Below are positions 39,204-46,988 of a stretch of DNA of 64,000 bases, piece after piece (position 1 is the first letter of the stretch; the number at the start of each line of letters is the position of its first letter). Position numbers and translations under genes: made by a program. Under the pieces are notes generated by a model that saw only the letters and a list, made by a program, of their open reading frames with translations, had not been told where the DNA came from and ran no database searches. The DNA comes from a virus: positions 9,504 through 73,503 of the IMG/VR virus record IMGVR_UViG_3300014541_000001; one strand, 5' to 3'.

Positions 39204-39620
39204 TCAATCTTTATCACTTAATAATAGGACTGCTGTACCATTGTTGTTATAGATGATTGGTTCATAATTCTCCATCATCCTTAGAAGGTCAGCATTATAT
39301 TGGTTAGCATAATGTGAATTGCATCTCATGGATGTCTTCCACATATCATGTATTATATGATATGTTTCTTCATCCATTGATACAACTTCATTGTCAAAGC
39401 CTGCATCAAGGTCATCATAAATGAGCCAGTAGCAAGATTCACCAAGACTGTTGTGTGATTCCTTCATAGTGATAATATAGTATGGGAAGAATGATGCACT
39501 CTCCCATACTAAACTATCTTGTTTGTCTTCTTGCTGTGATTGAACCTTGCATGATACTATTGTTGTCATCATGGCAACACCTATCAGTGATAACCATAAC
39601 ATTAATCTTATTGCTTTCAT
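39204..39620 (-). CDS. secreted hypothetical protein
   Basis: N-terminal signal-peptide-like hydrophobic segment. Confidence 0.45.
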   Translation of the reverse strand: MKAIRLMLWLSLIGVAMMTTIVSCKVQSQQEDKQDSLVWESASFFPYYIITMKESHNSLGESCYWLIYDDLDAGFDNEVVSMDEETYHIIHDMWKTSMRCNSHYANQYNADLLRMMENYEPIIYNNNGTAVLLLSDKD

Positions 39621-39807
39621 TTGTTATTGGGTTTAAAGAACTAACAGGAGCAATGATGTGCTGATTATCAATCAAGATTATACTTCAATTTTTGCCTATG
39701 ATAAATGCTCCCGTTAGTATGTTATTTACTTAGTTTTCCTTTGAGTAATCCTTTGAGTTTAGCATACTCTTTGGTAAGATGTTCTTGCTTGAAGTCTTTC
39801 GTTGTCT

Positions 39808-40023
39808 TCATGCCTGTCTCCTTTCTCTAAAGGATTTAATCTCTTGCTGTATGTATGACTCAAACTGTTGTAAGTCATCAATTACTCTTGGTTTACTTGT
39901 AATAGCAAGTAATGCAACACTGTTATTGTTGTGTTGCTCTGTCAGGTAATTAATGTGTGCTCTTCTTGATGATGAGTAGTTGCTGCTACTAGCAACAGCT
40001 ACTCTGTTTAATCTCTTTCTCAT
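39808..40023 (-). CDS. hypothetical protein
   Basis: 71-aa ORF. Confidence 0.3.
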   Translation of the reverse strand: MRKRLNRVAVASSSNYSSSRRAHINYLTEQHNNNSVALLAITSKPRVIDDLQQFESYIQQEIKSFRERRQA

Positions 40024-40214
40024 ACTACATTTGTAATGTATCAGGGACTGCCACTATCACTACATTGTTGTAGTTTTCTTTGCATTTCTTTGCCACATCT
40101 TTGGCTTCTTCTTCTGTTGAACACAGATAGAAAGTCTTGTGCCCAAACCTCTTGTTGTCTGAGCATAATACTAGTCTTTTTCTCATGTGATTATGTATTA
40201 ATGGGTTAATGTTT

Positions 40215-40291
40215 TGAGGCTAATAGGAGACTTGAACTCCTAACCTTCCTTTACTCTGCAAGGATGCTCTAACCAATTGAGCTAATTAGCC
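40215..40291 (-). tRNA. tRNA-like gene with apparent 8-nt anticodon loop (GCAGAGTA), anticodon unassigned
   Basis: Acceptor GGCTAAT/ATTAGCC; D-arm GCTC-AATTGGTTA-GAGC; T-arm AGGAG-TTCAAGT-CTCCT; the only 5-bp anticodon stem (TCCTT/AAGGA) leaves 8 loop nt. Confidence 0.45.
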
Positions 40292-40695
40292 TATAGTTTA
40301 TATAAAGACTTGTTGCAATGCTATATGTCACATCAGGTATCTTCTCAATCAAATTAGCTTGATGCTGCTTTCTACTTTTTGATGTATCAGACGGTTCACC
40401 TCACATACTAACTTTGATGTTTAACACACCATAAACTAATACACATTTTTCGGATAGCTTGATACTATTGTCAACCACTATTTGTACATATTTAGCTGGT
40501 CAAAAGCCTTTATTATCTTATTTTATTGGTATACTAGTTCTTGTTTAACACAATTTAATGGCTTGTGTTCAATGACAAATGACTACTATTGTTCATCAGT
40601 TGTCTACCTAAGTGGTACATTGGAGTAAATACTAAAGGGTAAATAATGTTATTATCTAGTGTATTCTTAGTGAGTGGTACTTCAACTGTGAGGAG

Positions 40696-40730
40696 TAAAA
40701 AAGGTAGGAAGGGACATAAGCCCCTTCCCT
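40696..40730 (-). terminator. intrinsic terminator (minus strand)
   Basis: Minus strand: GGGAAGGGGCTTATGTCCCTTCC then TACCTTTTTTAC. Confidence 0.55.
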
Positions 40731-40737
40731 CATTACC

Positions 40738-41052
40738 CTAGAATGCAGCAATCACATTACTGTTAGTCCCTTGCTCATGCAATGTCAGCAAAGTCTTGCC
40801 CTCTTTGGTTCTCACTTCACTGACAACAACAGTCTCAAATGGCTGCTTGGCTACCATTTTAGCAGCCAACTTGTCAGCCACATAGCCAACAATGTTGCCA
40901 CATGCAAAGAAGAACTTGCCCTGTTTATTAGGGGAAGGAATAACTCGCAAAGGTTGGTTACCTTGAGAAGCCTTAACTTCTTCTACAGTCACTGTGTTCA
41001 AGAAATTGGAATCACTGTTGCTAGTAGCAACATACTTTGAAAAATCAATCAT
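40738..41052 (-). CDS. hypothetical protein
   Basis: 104-aa ORF; last gene of the minus-strand block. Confidence 0.45.
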   Translation of the reverse strand: MIDFSKYVATSNSDSNFLNTVTVEEVKASQGNQPLRVIPSPNKQGKFFFACGNIVGYVADKLAAKMVAKQPFETVVVSEVRTKEGKTLLTLHEQGTNSNVIAAF

Positions 41053-41243
41053 GATAGTATGGTTTAATAATTGTGCCGGGGGAATATCCCAAGGCTAAGG
41101 TAAGGGGGAGGAGGAAGAGTGACTTATGCCCCACTCACGTAAATATCACAAATAAAAAATTAAAAAAAAAATTAAAAATAATATGGATACAACACTAATA
41201 AGTTAAACTTTCATAAAAGATTTGGATATGTTATTTATTTTAC

Positions 41244-41254
41244 TTACCTTTGTA
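41244..41254 (+). promoter_or_regulatory. Bacteroidetes-type -7 promoter box TTAccTTTGtA with TTTG about 20 nt upstream
   Basis: First plus-strand promoter motif after the strand switch; about 290-nt leader before the first plus ORF. Confidence 0.4.
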
Positions 41255-41546
41255 CCATGGCGTAGGTCCTCATAGCCTACATCCCCTGTGATATATAACA
41301 AAAAGGAGTTAGCAGGGCAGACAGAGGATTGATAATCTCAAATAGAGATGAAGTTTTCTCCTCTAGCCATAATTAGGGTAAGAATATGAAGATGTCAGTG
41401 ATGCACCAATATGAGTGAGAAAAGGTTGAGGGTAAAGCATCCTAGGGGTAAACCGCCTGACTATAAGTATCTTACTAAAACAGAATAGCCATATTAACAA
41501 CTTAGGGTTTGGCTCCTAGGGATAACTATATAAAAGAAAAAACAAT

Positions 41547-41927
41547 ATGAAGAAGTTTATATTATGGTTGTGGCAATTACCACAGAATATATGTGGTGTA
41601 GTTTATAGAAAAATTATAAAGGATGATATAATAGCTCAAGTCAATACTGACTCAGGATATAACATATATCTGACTGAAACTAATAGAGGTGGAGTCACTC
41701 TTGGGGAGTACATATTTGTGTACCAGAAGTACACAAATATATCAGGAGTTATTCAACATGAGACAGGTCATGTAAAGCAATCAAGAATACTAGGACCATT
41801 GTACTTGTTAGTGATTGGATTACCCTCTATTGTACATGCAACACTACACAGAGTATTATGTAGAAATAATAACTATTATCACTTCTATACAGAGAAATGG
41901 GCTAATAAACTAGCAGGATTAGAATAA
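41547..41927 (+). CDS. small HExxH-motif protein (putative zinc metallopeptidase)
   Basis: VIQHETGHVKQS carries an HExxH motif; 126 aa. Confidence 0.4.
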   Translation: MKKFILWLWQLPQNICGVVYRKIIKDDIIAQVNTDSGYNIYLTETNRGGVTLGEYIFVYQKYTNISGVIQHETGHVKQSRILGPLYLLVIGLPSIVHATLHRVLCRNNNYYHFYTEKWANKLAGLE

Positions 41928-41931
41928 TAAT

Positions 41932-42552
41932 ATGAGAAAAGACTTTATTACAGTTACCCCTGATGGGGGGGAGGTAGGCACTACTGATATTCAAGTAACT
42001 GCTGATGCCAATATAGGAACAGCTCCAAGAAGCACTATTTTAAATCTCACTACTTCAGGTCAAAGTTCAGAACAAGTAGAGATAAATCAGTTGGGAAATT
42101 CATTTCAATTGTTTGTTTTTCCCCATTTTACTTTAGCTACATCTTCTTCATCCATAACACCCTCTTTAACTATAATTTTAGATAGGCTGGATTATGATGA
42201 AGTAGAATTTAGAGGACAAACATTTAATACACCATTTTATGGTGTTCAAACAGTAAGGGGTACAGGTTTAACTATATATGACTTATACCTTGATTTTACA
42301 CTATTATTCTCCATTGATGTTATTAATAAGTTGAAAATAACTAAGTTTTCAGGTCATGTTATCTCTGGTACTGGTAATGCTTTTGATGTAGATTTTCAAC
42401 GACAACAGAGTGAAACTAATTTAGGAGTTAGAGAATTTAGTTTAAGAACAGGTGATATAAGTACATTAAATACTCTACATGAAGTGACCATTTATGCTCA
42501 TATTCAAGGAGGAGAAGTAGTGCAGATATGTAGGATAGAAAATGCTTATTAA
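41932..42552 (+). CDS. hypothetical protein
   Basis: 206-aa ORF. Confidence 0.45.
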   Translation: MRKDFITVTPDGGEVGTTDIQVTADANIGTAPRSTILNLTTSGQSSEQVEINQLGNSFQLFVFPHFTLATSSSSITPSLTIILDRLDYDEVEFRGQTFNTPFYGVQTVRGTGLTIYDLYLDFTLLFSIDVINKLKITKFSGHVISGTGNAFDVDFQRQQSETNLGVREFSLRTGDISTLNTLHEVTIYAHIQGGEVVQICRIENAY

Positions 42553-42605
42553 AACATTATTAACATAATAAATAAGATAAGATTTGCATATCTCAATTAT
42601 TTTAC

Positions 42606-42616
42606 TTACCTTTGCA
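42606..42616 (+). promoter_or_regulatory. Bacteroidetes-type -7 promoter box TTAccTTTGCA for the tRNA array
   Basis: 24 nt upstream of the first tRNA. Confidence 0.5.
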
Positions 42617-42640
42617 GCATCATTCAATTGATGAGTTTAT

Positions 42641-42714
42641 TGCCCCTTGGTGTAATTGGTTAGTCACATAGGATTTTGATTCCTATAGTATCAGTTCAAG
42701 TCTGGTAGGGGTAA
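42641..42714 (+). tRNA. tRNA-Gln(UUG)
   Basis: Manual cloverleaf; loop TTTTGAT; T-arm ATCAG-TTCAAGT-CTGGT. Confidence 0.55.
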
Positions 42715-42720
42715 CATAAT

Positions 42721-42794
42721 GCTCCCTTAGTTCAATGGATTAGAACATTGCTCTTCTAAGGCAAGTGTTAGGGGTTCGAGTCCCTTAGGGAGTA
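42721..42794 (+). tRNA. tRNA-Arg(UCU)
   Basis: Loop CTTCTAA; T-arm AGGGG-TTCGAGT-CCCTT. Confidence 0.65.
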
Positions 42795-42875
42795 CATGAC
42801 TTTGGAATGGATATAAATTGTTTTTGTAATAAAATGAATAGACTAATTGGTCTGTGAAGATAAACTAATCAAAAT

Positions 42876-42949
42876 GGTGGGTTGGACAAATTGGTTAAGT
42901 CACTGCCCTTTCAAGGCAGTCATTAGGGGTTCAAATCCCCTACCCATTA
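42876..42949 (+). tRNA. tRNA-Glu(UUC)
   Basis: Anticodon arm CTGCC-CTTTCAA-GGCAG; T-arm AGGGG-TTCAAAT-CCCCT. Confidence 0.6.
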
Positions 42950-42957
42950 CAAATTTA

Positions 42958-43028
42958 GTCTATGTAGCTTAATGGTTAAAGTGCTGCACTGTCAATGCAG
43001 AGAACAGGGTTCAATTCCCTCATAGACT
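42958..43028 (+). tRNA. tRNA-Asp(GUC)
   Basis: Anticodon arm CTGCA-CTGTCAA-TGCAG; acceptor GTCTATG/CATAGAC. Confidence 0.6.
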
Positions 43029-43083
43029 GCGAGTTTCTACGCCATGAAACAAGTCCTATATTAAGCGTAATATAGGCAGGAAT

Positions 43084-43174
43084 GGAAGAATAAGCCTAAT
43101 GGTAAGGCAGTAGTCTTGAAAACTACTAGTAATCATGTAAAAGTGATGTGTCAGTTCGAGTCTGACTTCTTCCT
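43084..43174 (+). tRNA. tRNA-Ser(UGA), class II long variable arm
   Basis: Anticodon arm GTAGT-CTTGAAA-ACTAC; long variable arm; T-arm GTCAG-TTCGAGT-CTGAC; acceptor GGAAGAA/TTCTTCC. Confidence 0.7.
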
Positions 43175-43176
43175 CT

Positions 43177-43374
43177 ATGATACAGATACTAAGAAAAGAA
43201 GGTTGGATATTAAATCCTAATGATAAGGTAGTAAATGCTATCCTTAAGAGATGTGAGATTAATGATGGTGAATGTCCTTGCCATAATGAAGGAGAAGACA
43301 AACACTGTCCATGTAGTGATTACAGAGAAAAGGATGAATGTCATTGTGGGTTATATGTCAAATTGGAGAGTTAA
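43177..43374 (+). CDS. small Cys-rich protein (CPC..CPC..CHC)
   Basis: 65-aa ORF with ECPCHNEGEDKHCPCSDYREKDECHCG, located between tRNAs. Confidence 0.35.
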   Translation: MIQILRKEGWILNPNDKVVNAILKRCEINDGECPCHNEGEDKHCPCSDYREKDECHCGLYVKLES

Positions 43375-43457
43375 CCTAAGAGGTCTTAGGGACTGCCTGC
43401 TAAGCAGATTGTACCAGTAATTGGTATATGTTTCAAGTACATAGCTCTCCGCATAAT

Positions 43458-43530
43458 ATAGGTGTAATTCAGTTGGTAGAATGCTGGCTTTGGGAGCCAG
43501 TTGCCCTAGGTTCGAGTCCTAGTACCTATA
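43458..43530 (+). tRNA. tRNA-Pro(UGG)
   Basis: Anticodon arm CTGGC-TTTGGGA-GCCAG; T-arm CTAGG-TTCGAGT-CCTAG. Confidence 0.65.
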
Positions 43531-43537
43531 CTTAATG

Positions 43538-43610
43538 GGTCATGTAGTGTAAATGGCTAACACACCATCCTTGCAAGATGGAATTGGGGTTCAAGTCCCA
43601 CATGTATCCA
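43538..43610 (+). pseudogene. tRNA-Ala(UGC)-like gene with non-pairing acceptor/T stems
   Basis: Good D-arm and anticodon arm CCATC-CTTGCAA-GATGG, but the acceptor strands (GGTCATG vs CATGTAT) and T-stem do not pair. Confidence 0.3.
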
Positions 43611-43672
43611 CTTTGTTTTCATGTTTTCATAATGTTTTAGATAGGTTGCCAGTAGCCTTAATACTGGCTAAT

Positions 43673-43746
43673 TGCTTCTTAGTTCAGTGGTTAAGAACAG
43701 CTCTCTTACACAGAGAAGGTCATAGGTTCAATTCCTATAGAAGCAA
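43673..43746 (+). tRNA. tRNA-Val(UAC)
   Basis: Loop CTTACAC; T-arm ATAGG-TTCAATT-CCTAT; acceptor TGCTTCT/AGAAGCA. Confidence 0.6.
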
Positions 43747-43821
43747 CATTTAGACACTACTACAGTTAGCAGTAAATCAGTACATACTGTAGATGTATTG
43801 GTTGAATGGTGTCTATCTAAT

Positions 43822-43896
43822 GGGTTTGAAGCTTAAGTGGTATAAAGCAAAAGACTGTTAATCTTGAGACAGTAGGTTCGAGTCCTACCAAGCCCG
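43822..43896 (+). tRNA. tRNA-Asn(GUU)
   Basis: Loop CTGTTAA; T-arm GTAGG-TTCGAGT-CCTAC; acceptor GGGTTTG/CAAGCCC. Confidence 0.6.
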
Positions 43897-43915
43897 CAGT
43901 TAAATTGGAAGAGTT

Positions 43916-44236
43916 ATGATTGTACAAGTAGAAGATAGAAGTAAGATTAAGAAGGTACACTTTAAACATCCTTACCTCTTTGGTCCAGATGCTGAACAGC
44001 ATGTTATCAATATGTACAAGGATATATTGGAGACAGATGACCAGTTGACCTTAGCAAGGCAATTAGTAAGAGACCTAGAGAAAGAGTTAAAGGAAAAGAA
44101 GGATAAATTCACTGAAATTGAAGCAATGTGTACTATGGAATTTGAGCAAAAGGAAGTGGAACATGTTGATGTAGTTAAGTCTAACATGGCAGTGATTAAT
44201 CCAACAGATGCTAGTAATAGAAACTATACTGGGTAG
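43916..44236 (+). CDS. hypothetical protein
   Basis: 106-aa ORF in the tRNA array. Confidence 0.35.
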   Translation: MIVQVEDRSKIKKVHFKHPYLFGPDAEQHVINMYKDILETDDQLTLARQLVRDLEKELKEKKDKFTEIEAMCTMEFEQKEVEHVDVVKSNMAVINPTDASNRNYTG

Positions 44237-44300
44237 TAGTTTAATGGTAAAACCTTAGTCTCCAAAACTAAATTTAGAGGTTCGATTCCTTTCTACTCAG
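44230..44300 (+). tRNA. tRNA-Trp(CCA)
   Basis: Anticodon arm TTAGT-CTCCAAA-ACTAA; T-arm AGAGG-TTCGATT-CCTTT. Confidence 0.6.
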
Positions 44301-44337
44301 CATTATGTGCATGTCTTCTAATTGGTTAGAAGAATAT

Positions 44338-44414
44338 AGGGACTTATCCCCTCTGTCTGATAAGCAGTTGAAAGGGTAGTTGGTTACAGTTGAGTTCAAT
44401 TCTCAAAGTCCCTA
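44338..44414 (+). ncRNA. tRNA-like element with unresolved cloverleaf
   Basis: Acceptor AGGGACT/AGTCCCT pairs; T-arm TTGAG-TTCAATT-CTCAA; the central 39 nt does not fold as canonical D/anticodon arms. Confidence 0.3.
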
Positions 44415-44416
44415 CT

Positions 44417-45001
44417 ATGATAGATGAAGAAATAAGAAATAACATATTGAACTTATATAGTTCAGGAAAAACTTTGCCTTATATATGCAAGGCTTTAAAA
44501 GTGTCCAAAGCTACAGTATCATATCAGATTAACAAGGCTGGAATCTCAAGATATAGAAACTCTGTGAAGATTACAGAAAAAATACTTGAGGATATGCAAA
44601 GTAGATATGACGAATGTAAAGACTTAAGGATAGTTAGTAAGGAGTTTGGAGTATCAATTAACAGACTAAAGCTTTTAAAGAGAAGACCTTCTCAAACCAA
44701 TTATGAGATATTAAGAAATAGAAGATATAGAATTAAGCAAGAGCTTGTTGAATATAAGGGAGGAAAATGTCAAGTATGTGGATATGATAGATGTCTATCA
44801 GCTCTTGAGTTTCATCATTTAGACCCAGCAAGGAAAGATTTCACTATATCTTCTAATATGAAATATGCTAGTTTAGAGGACTTAAAAGATGAGACAAATA
44901 AGTGTATTTTGGTGTGTTCAAACTGTCATAGAGAAATACATGCAGGAATAGTAAATATAGAAGATATTTCTTACAAAGGTAAGCATGGTTTAGAATCATG
45001 A
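44417..45001 (+). CDS. HNH endonuclease with N-terminal HTH (start set to ATG at 44417)
   Basis: KCQVCGYDRCLSALEFHHLDPARKDF...ILVCSNCHREIH. Confidence 0.65.
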   Translation: MIDEEIRNNILNLYSSGKTLPYICKALKVSKATVSYQINKAGISRYRNSVKITEKILEDMQSRYDECKDLRIVSKEFGVSINRLKLLKRRPSQTNYEILRNRRYRIKQELVEYKGGKCQVCGYDRCLSALEFHHLDPARKDFTISSNMKYASLEDLKDETNKCILVCSNCHREIHAGIVNIEDISYKGKHGLES

Positions 45002-45007
45002 AAGATT

Positions 45008-45080
45008 GTGTAGTTAGCTTAAATGGAATAGAGCACTGGATTGTGACTCCAGAGGATAGGGTTCAACTCCCTGCTACACC
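45008..45080 (+). tRNA. tRNA-His(GUG)
   Basis: Anticodon arm CTGGA-TTGTGAC-TCCAG; T-arm TAGGG-TTCAACT-CCCTG. Confidence 0.6.
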
Positions 45081-45086
45081 CTTTAT

Positions 45087-45160
45087 ACTCACATAGCTCA
45101 GCAGGTTAGAGCAGGAATCTTATACATTCAAGGTCAGGGGTTCAAATCCCTTTGTGAGTA
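45087..45160 (+). tRNA. tRNA-Ile(UAU)
   Basis: Acceptor ACTCACA/TGTGAGT; D-arm GCTC-AGCAGGTTA-GAGC; loop CTTATAC. Confidence 0.55.
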
Positions 45161-45164
45161 CTAT

Positions 45165-45237
45165 CTCCAGTTGTCTGAATGGTTTAGGTCCTAGTCTGCA
45201 AAACTATGGTATGTTGGTTCAAATCCAATACTGGAGT
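45165..45237 (+). tRNA. tRNA-Cys(GCA)
   Basis: Loop CTGCAAA; T-arm GTTGG-TTCAAAT-CCAAT; acceptor CTCCAGT/ACTGGAG. Confidence 0.55.
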
Positions 45238-45239
45238 CT

Positions 45240-45449
45240 ATGGAAGATAAATTAGATAAGATACTGAAGAATCAAGAGATAATTAATAGGAACCAAGTTA
45301 CAATATACAGAGAGTTACTATTAGTTGAATCAAGACTCTTTAAGAGTGAAAGCAAAGAGTTCCTTAGAAACTATTTGGCAGATATAGCAGGTACTATTAC
45401 TGCTGAGTTAGGTCTTGTGGACCTTCTTAATGCTATAAAGAAAGCATAA
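45240..45449 (+). CDS. hypothetical protein
   Basis: 69-aa ORF in the tRNA array. Confidence 0.35.
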   Translation: MEDKLDKILKNQEIINRNQVTIYRELLLVESRLFKSESKEFLRNYLADIAGTITAELGLVDLLNAIKKA

Positions 45450-45523
45450 GTTCCTATAGCTGAATTGGTTAAAGCACCTGTCTCTTAAACAGGGGACTCA
45501 AGGTTCAAGTCCTTGTGGGAACA
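45450..45523 (+). tRNA. tRNA-Lys(CUU)
   Basis: Anticodon arm CCTGT-CTCTTAA-ACAGG; T-arm CAAGG-TTCAAGT-CCTTG. Confidence 0.65.
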
Positions 45524-45543
45524 CATTAACCTTGGCAGGTTTA

Positions 45544-45616
45544 TTCCCCTATAGCAGACAGGTGTAGGCAATTGACTTTTAATCAATGAGGTGAGGTTCG
45601 ATTCCTCATGGGGGAA
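45544..45616 (+). tRNA. tRNA-Lys(UUU)
   Basis: Anticodon arm ATTGA-CTTTTAA-TCAAT; T-arm TGAGG-TTCGATT-CCTCA. Confidence 0.6.
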
Positions 45617-45620
45617 CACA

Positions 45621-45705
45621 TTGAAGTATAACCGGTAATTGGTAGCCGCAAAGACTGTAAATCTTTTCCCTATGGGACTGGGGGTTCGATTCCCTCTACT
45701 TCAAC
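45621..45705 (+). tRNA. tRNA-Tyr(GUA), class II
   Basis: Anticodon arm AAAGA-CTGTAAA-TCTTT; long variable arm hairpin TCCCTATGGGA. Confidence 0.65.
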
Positions 45706-45713
45706 ATTTTAAT

Positions 45714-45788
45714 GGGTACTTGGTGTAGGTGGTTATTGCACGTGGGTCTGAAAAACCCAAGGCTCTGATTCGATTTCAGAAGTTCCCA
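45714..45788 (+). tRNA. tRNA-Phe(GAA)
   Basis: Anticodon arm TGGGT-CTGAAAA-ACCCA; T-arm TCTGA-TTCGATT-TCAGA. Confidence 0.6.
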
Positions 45789-45805
45789 CTTTAAAAATAC
45801 TAAAC

Positions 45806-46252
45806 ATGAAAGAATGTAAGAGATGTCATGTAATAAAGGAAGATAGTGAATTTGCTTTCAGAAACAAAGCAAAGGGTACATTACAACCTTACTGCAAAGA
45901 ATGCAAAAGAGAAATAGATAAGGAACTTTATGACTCAAATCACTCAGATAGAAGAAGAAAAATAAGAGATAGGCAGAATGAAGTTCAGACTAATCTAAAG
46001 GAGCTTTTGACTAATATTAAAAAGAACTCAAAGTGTGCTATATGTGGTGAAAGTAGATGGTGGGTTCTTGACTTTCATCATTTGAGAGATAAAAGATTTG
46101 AGGTATCTTCTTTAGCAAGAAGAGGATGCTCCTTAGAAACTTTCAAGGAAGAGATAAATAAGTGCATAGTAATTTGTGCTAATTGTCATAGAGATTTGCA
46201 CTTCAAAGAGAGTGAGGAATACAATAAATGGGGTAATGAAAAGAGAGCTTAA
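45806..46252 (+). CDS. HNH endonuclease
   Basis: CKRCH...CKEC; KCAICGESRWWVLDFHHLRDK...IVICANCHRDLH. Confidence 0.7.
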   Translation: MKECKRCHVIKEDSEFAFRNKAKGTLQPYCKECKREIDKELYDSNHSDRRRKIRDRQNEVQTNLKELLTNIKKNSKCAICGESRWWVLDFHHLRDKRFEVSSLARRGCSLETFKEEINKCIVICANCHRDLHFKESEEYNKWGNEKRA

Positions 46253-46279
46253 GTTCAATTCTTAGAGTTCCCACATTAT

Positions 46280-46354
46280 GCCCTCTTGGCGGAATGGTTA
46301 AGACGCACTGGATTTAGGCTCCAGATATTATAGGTTCGACTCCTATAGAGGGTA
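46280..46354 (+). tRNA. type-I (short variable arm) tRNA with anticodon UAG
   Basis: Anticodon arm CTGGA-TTTAGGC-TCCAG; 5-nt variable region ATATT; T-arm ATAGG-TTCGACT-CCTAT. Confidence 0.55.
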
Positions 46355-46404
46355 CAATTAACATATTTTATTTGAATAAGTTTGCATAGTTCAGCTATTA
46401 TACA

Positions 46405-46414
46405 TACCTTTGCA
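46405..46414 (+). promoter_or_regulatory. Bacteroidetes-type promoter (-33 TTTG at 46381, -7 TAccTTTGCA)
   Basis: 20-nt spacing between the boxes; 21 nt upstream of ATG 46435. Confidence 0.5.
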
Positions 46415-46434
46415 AACATAATAATAATGACAAC

Positions 46435-46902
46435 ATGGAACCTTTTTTAAGAGGGGGTTTGCTGACACCATTAGATGATGTAAATGTAGTAGCCCCAGCA
46501 AGTAATGAGTTCAATATCTTCCTTCACTTTGTGAATGTACTTGAAGGTATTAAGACACAGATAAAGAATGTACATTGGGCATCACTCAAGTTACCTAATA
46601 GGGACAAGAGAGGAGCACACTTATACCTTGATGACTTTGTAGATATAGTAGGAGACTTTCAAGACACAGTAGCAGAAAGTGCCACTGGTATTACAGGTGT
46701 TTCCTTTGACTTTAATACAGTAAGTGCTATTCCTTTTAATGCTTCATCAACATCAGAATTGATGGAATATGTCAAGAATAAAACTACTGAGTTCTATAAT
46801 AGTTTACCAACAAGTCCTATATATGCTGGTATTAAGTCTGAAACAGAGACTTTTATCAATAATATAGTGATTTATATCTATAGGTTTAGGCTAACTGAAT
46901 AA
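46435..46902 (+). CDS. Dps/ferritin-like protein
   Basis: NVHWASLKL...HLYLDDFVDIVGDFQDTVAESATG resembles the Dps HW..G..F..lH...D...D..AER core. Confidence 0.4.
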   Translation: MEPFLRGGLLTPLDDVNVVAPASNEFNIFLHFVNVLEGIKTQIKNVHWASLKLPNRDKRGAHLYLDDFVDIVGDFQDTVAESATGITGVSFDFNTVSAIPFNASSTSELMEYVKNKTTEFYNSLPTSPIYAGIKSETETFINNIVIYIYRFRLTE

Positions 46903-46903
46903 T

Positions 46904-46980
46904 GGCTCAGTGGTGCAACTGGTGAAGACACAACACTCTTAAACAGTGTAAAGTAAGGGTTCGAGTCCCTTCTGAGTCAC
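46904..46980 (+). tRNA. type-I (short variable arm) tRNA with anticodon UAA; CCA encoded
   Basis: Anticodon arm ACACT-CTTAAAC-AGTGT; 5-nt variable AAAGT; T-arm AAGGG-TTCGAGT-CCCTT; 3' ...CTGAGTCACCA. Confidence 0.55.
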
Positions 46981-46988
46981 CAGCTAAT

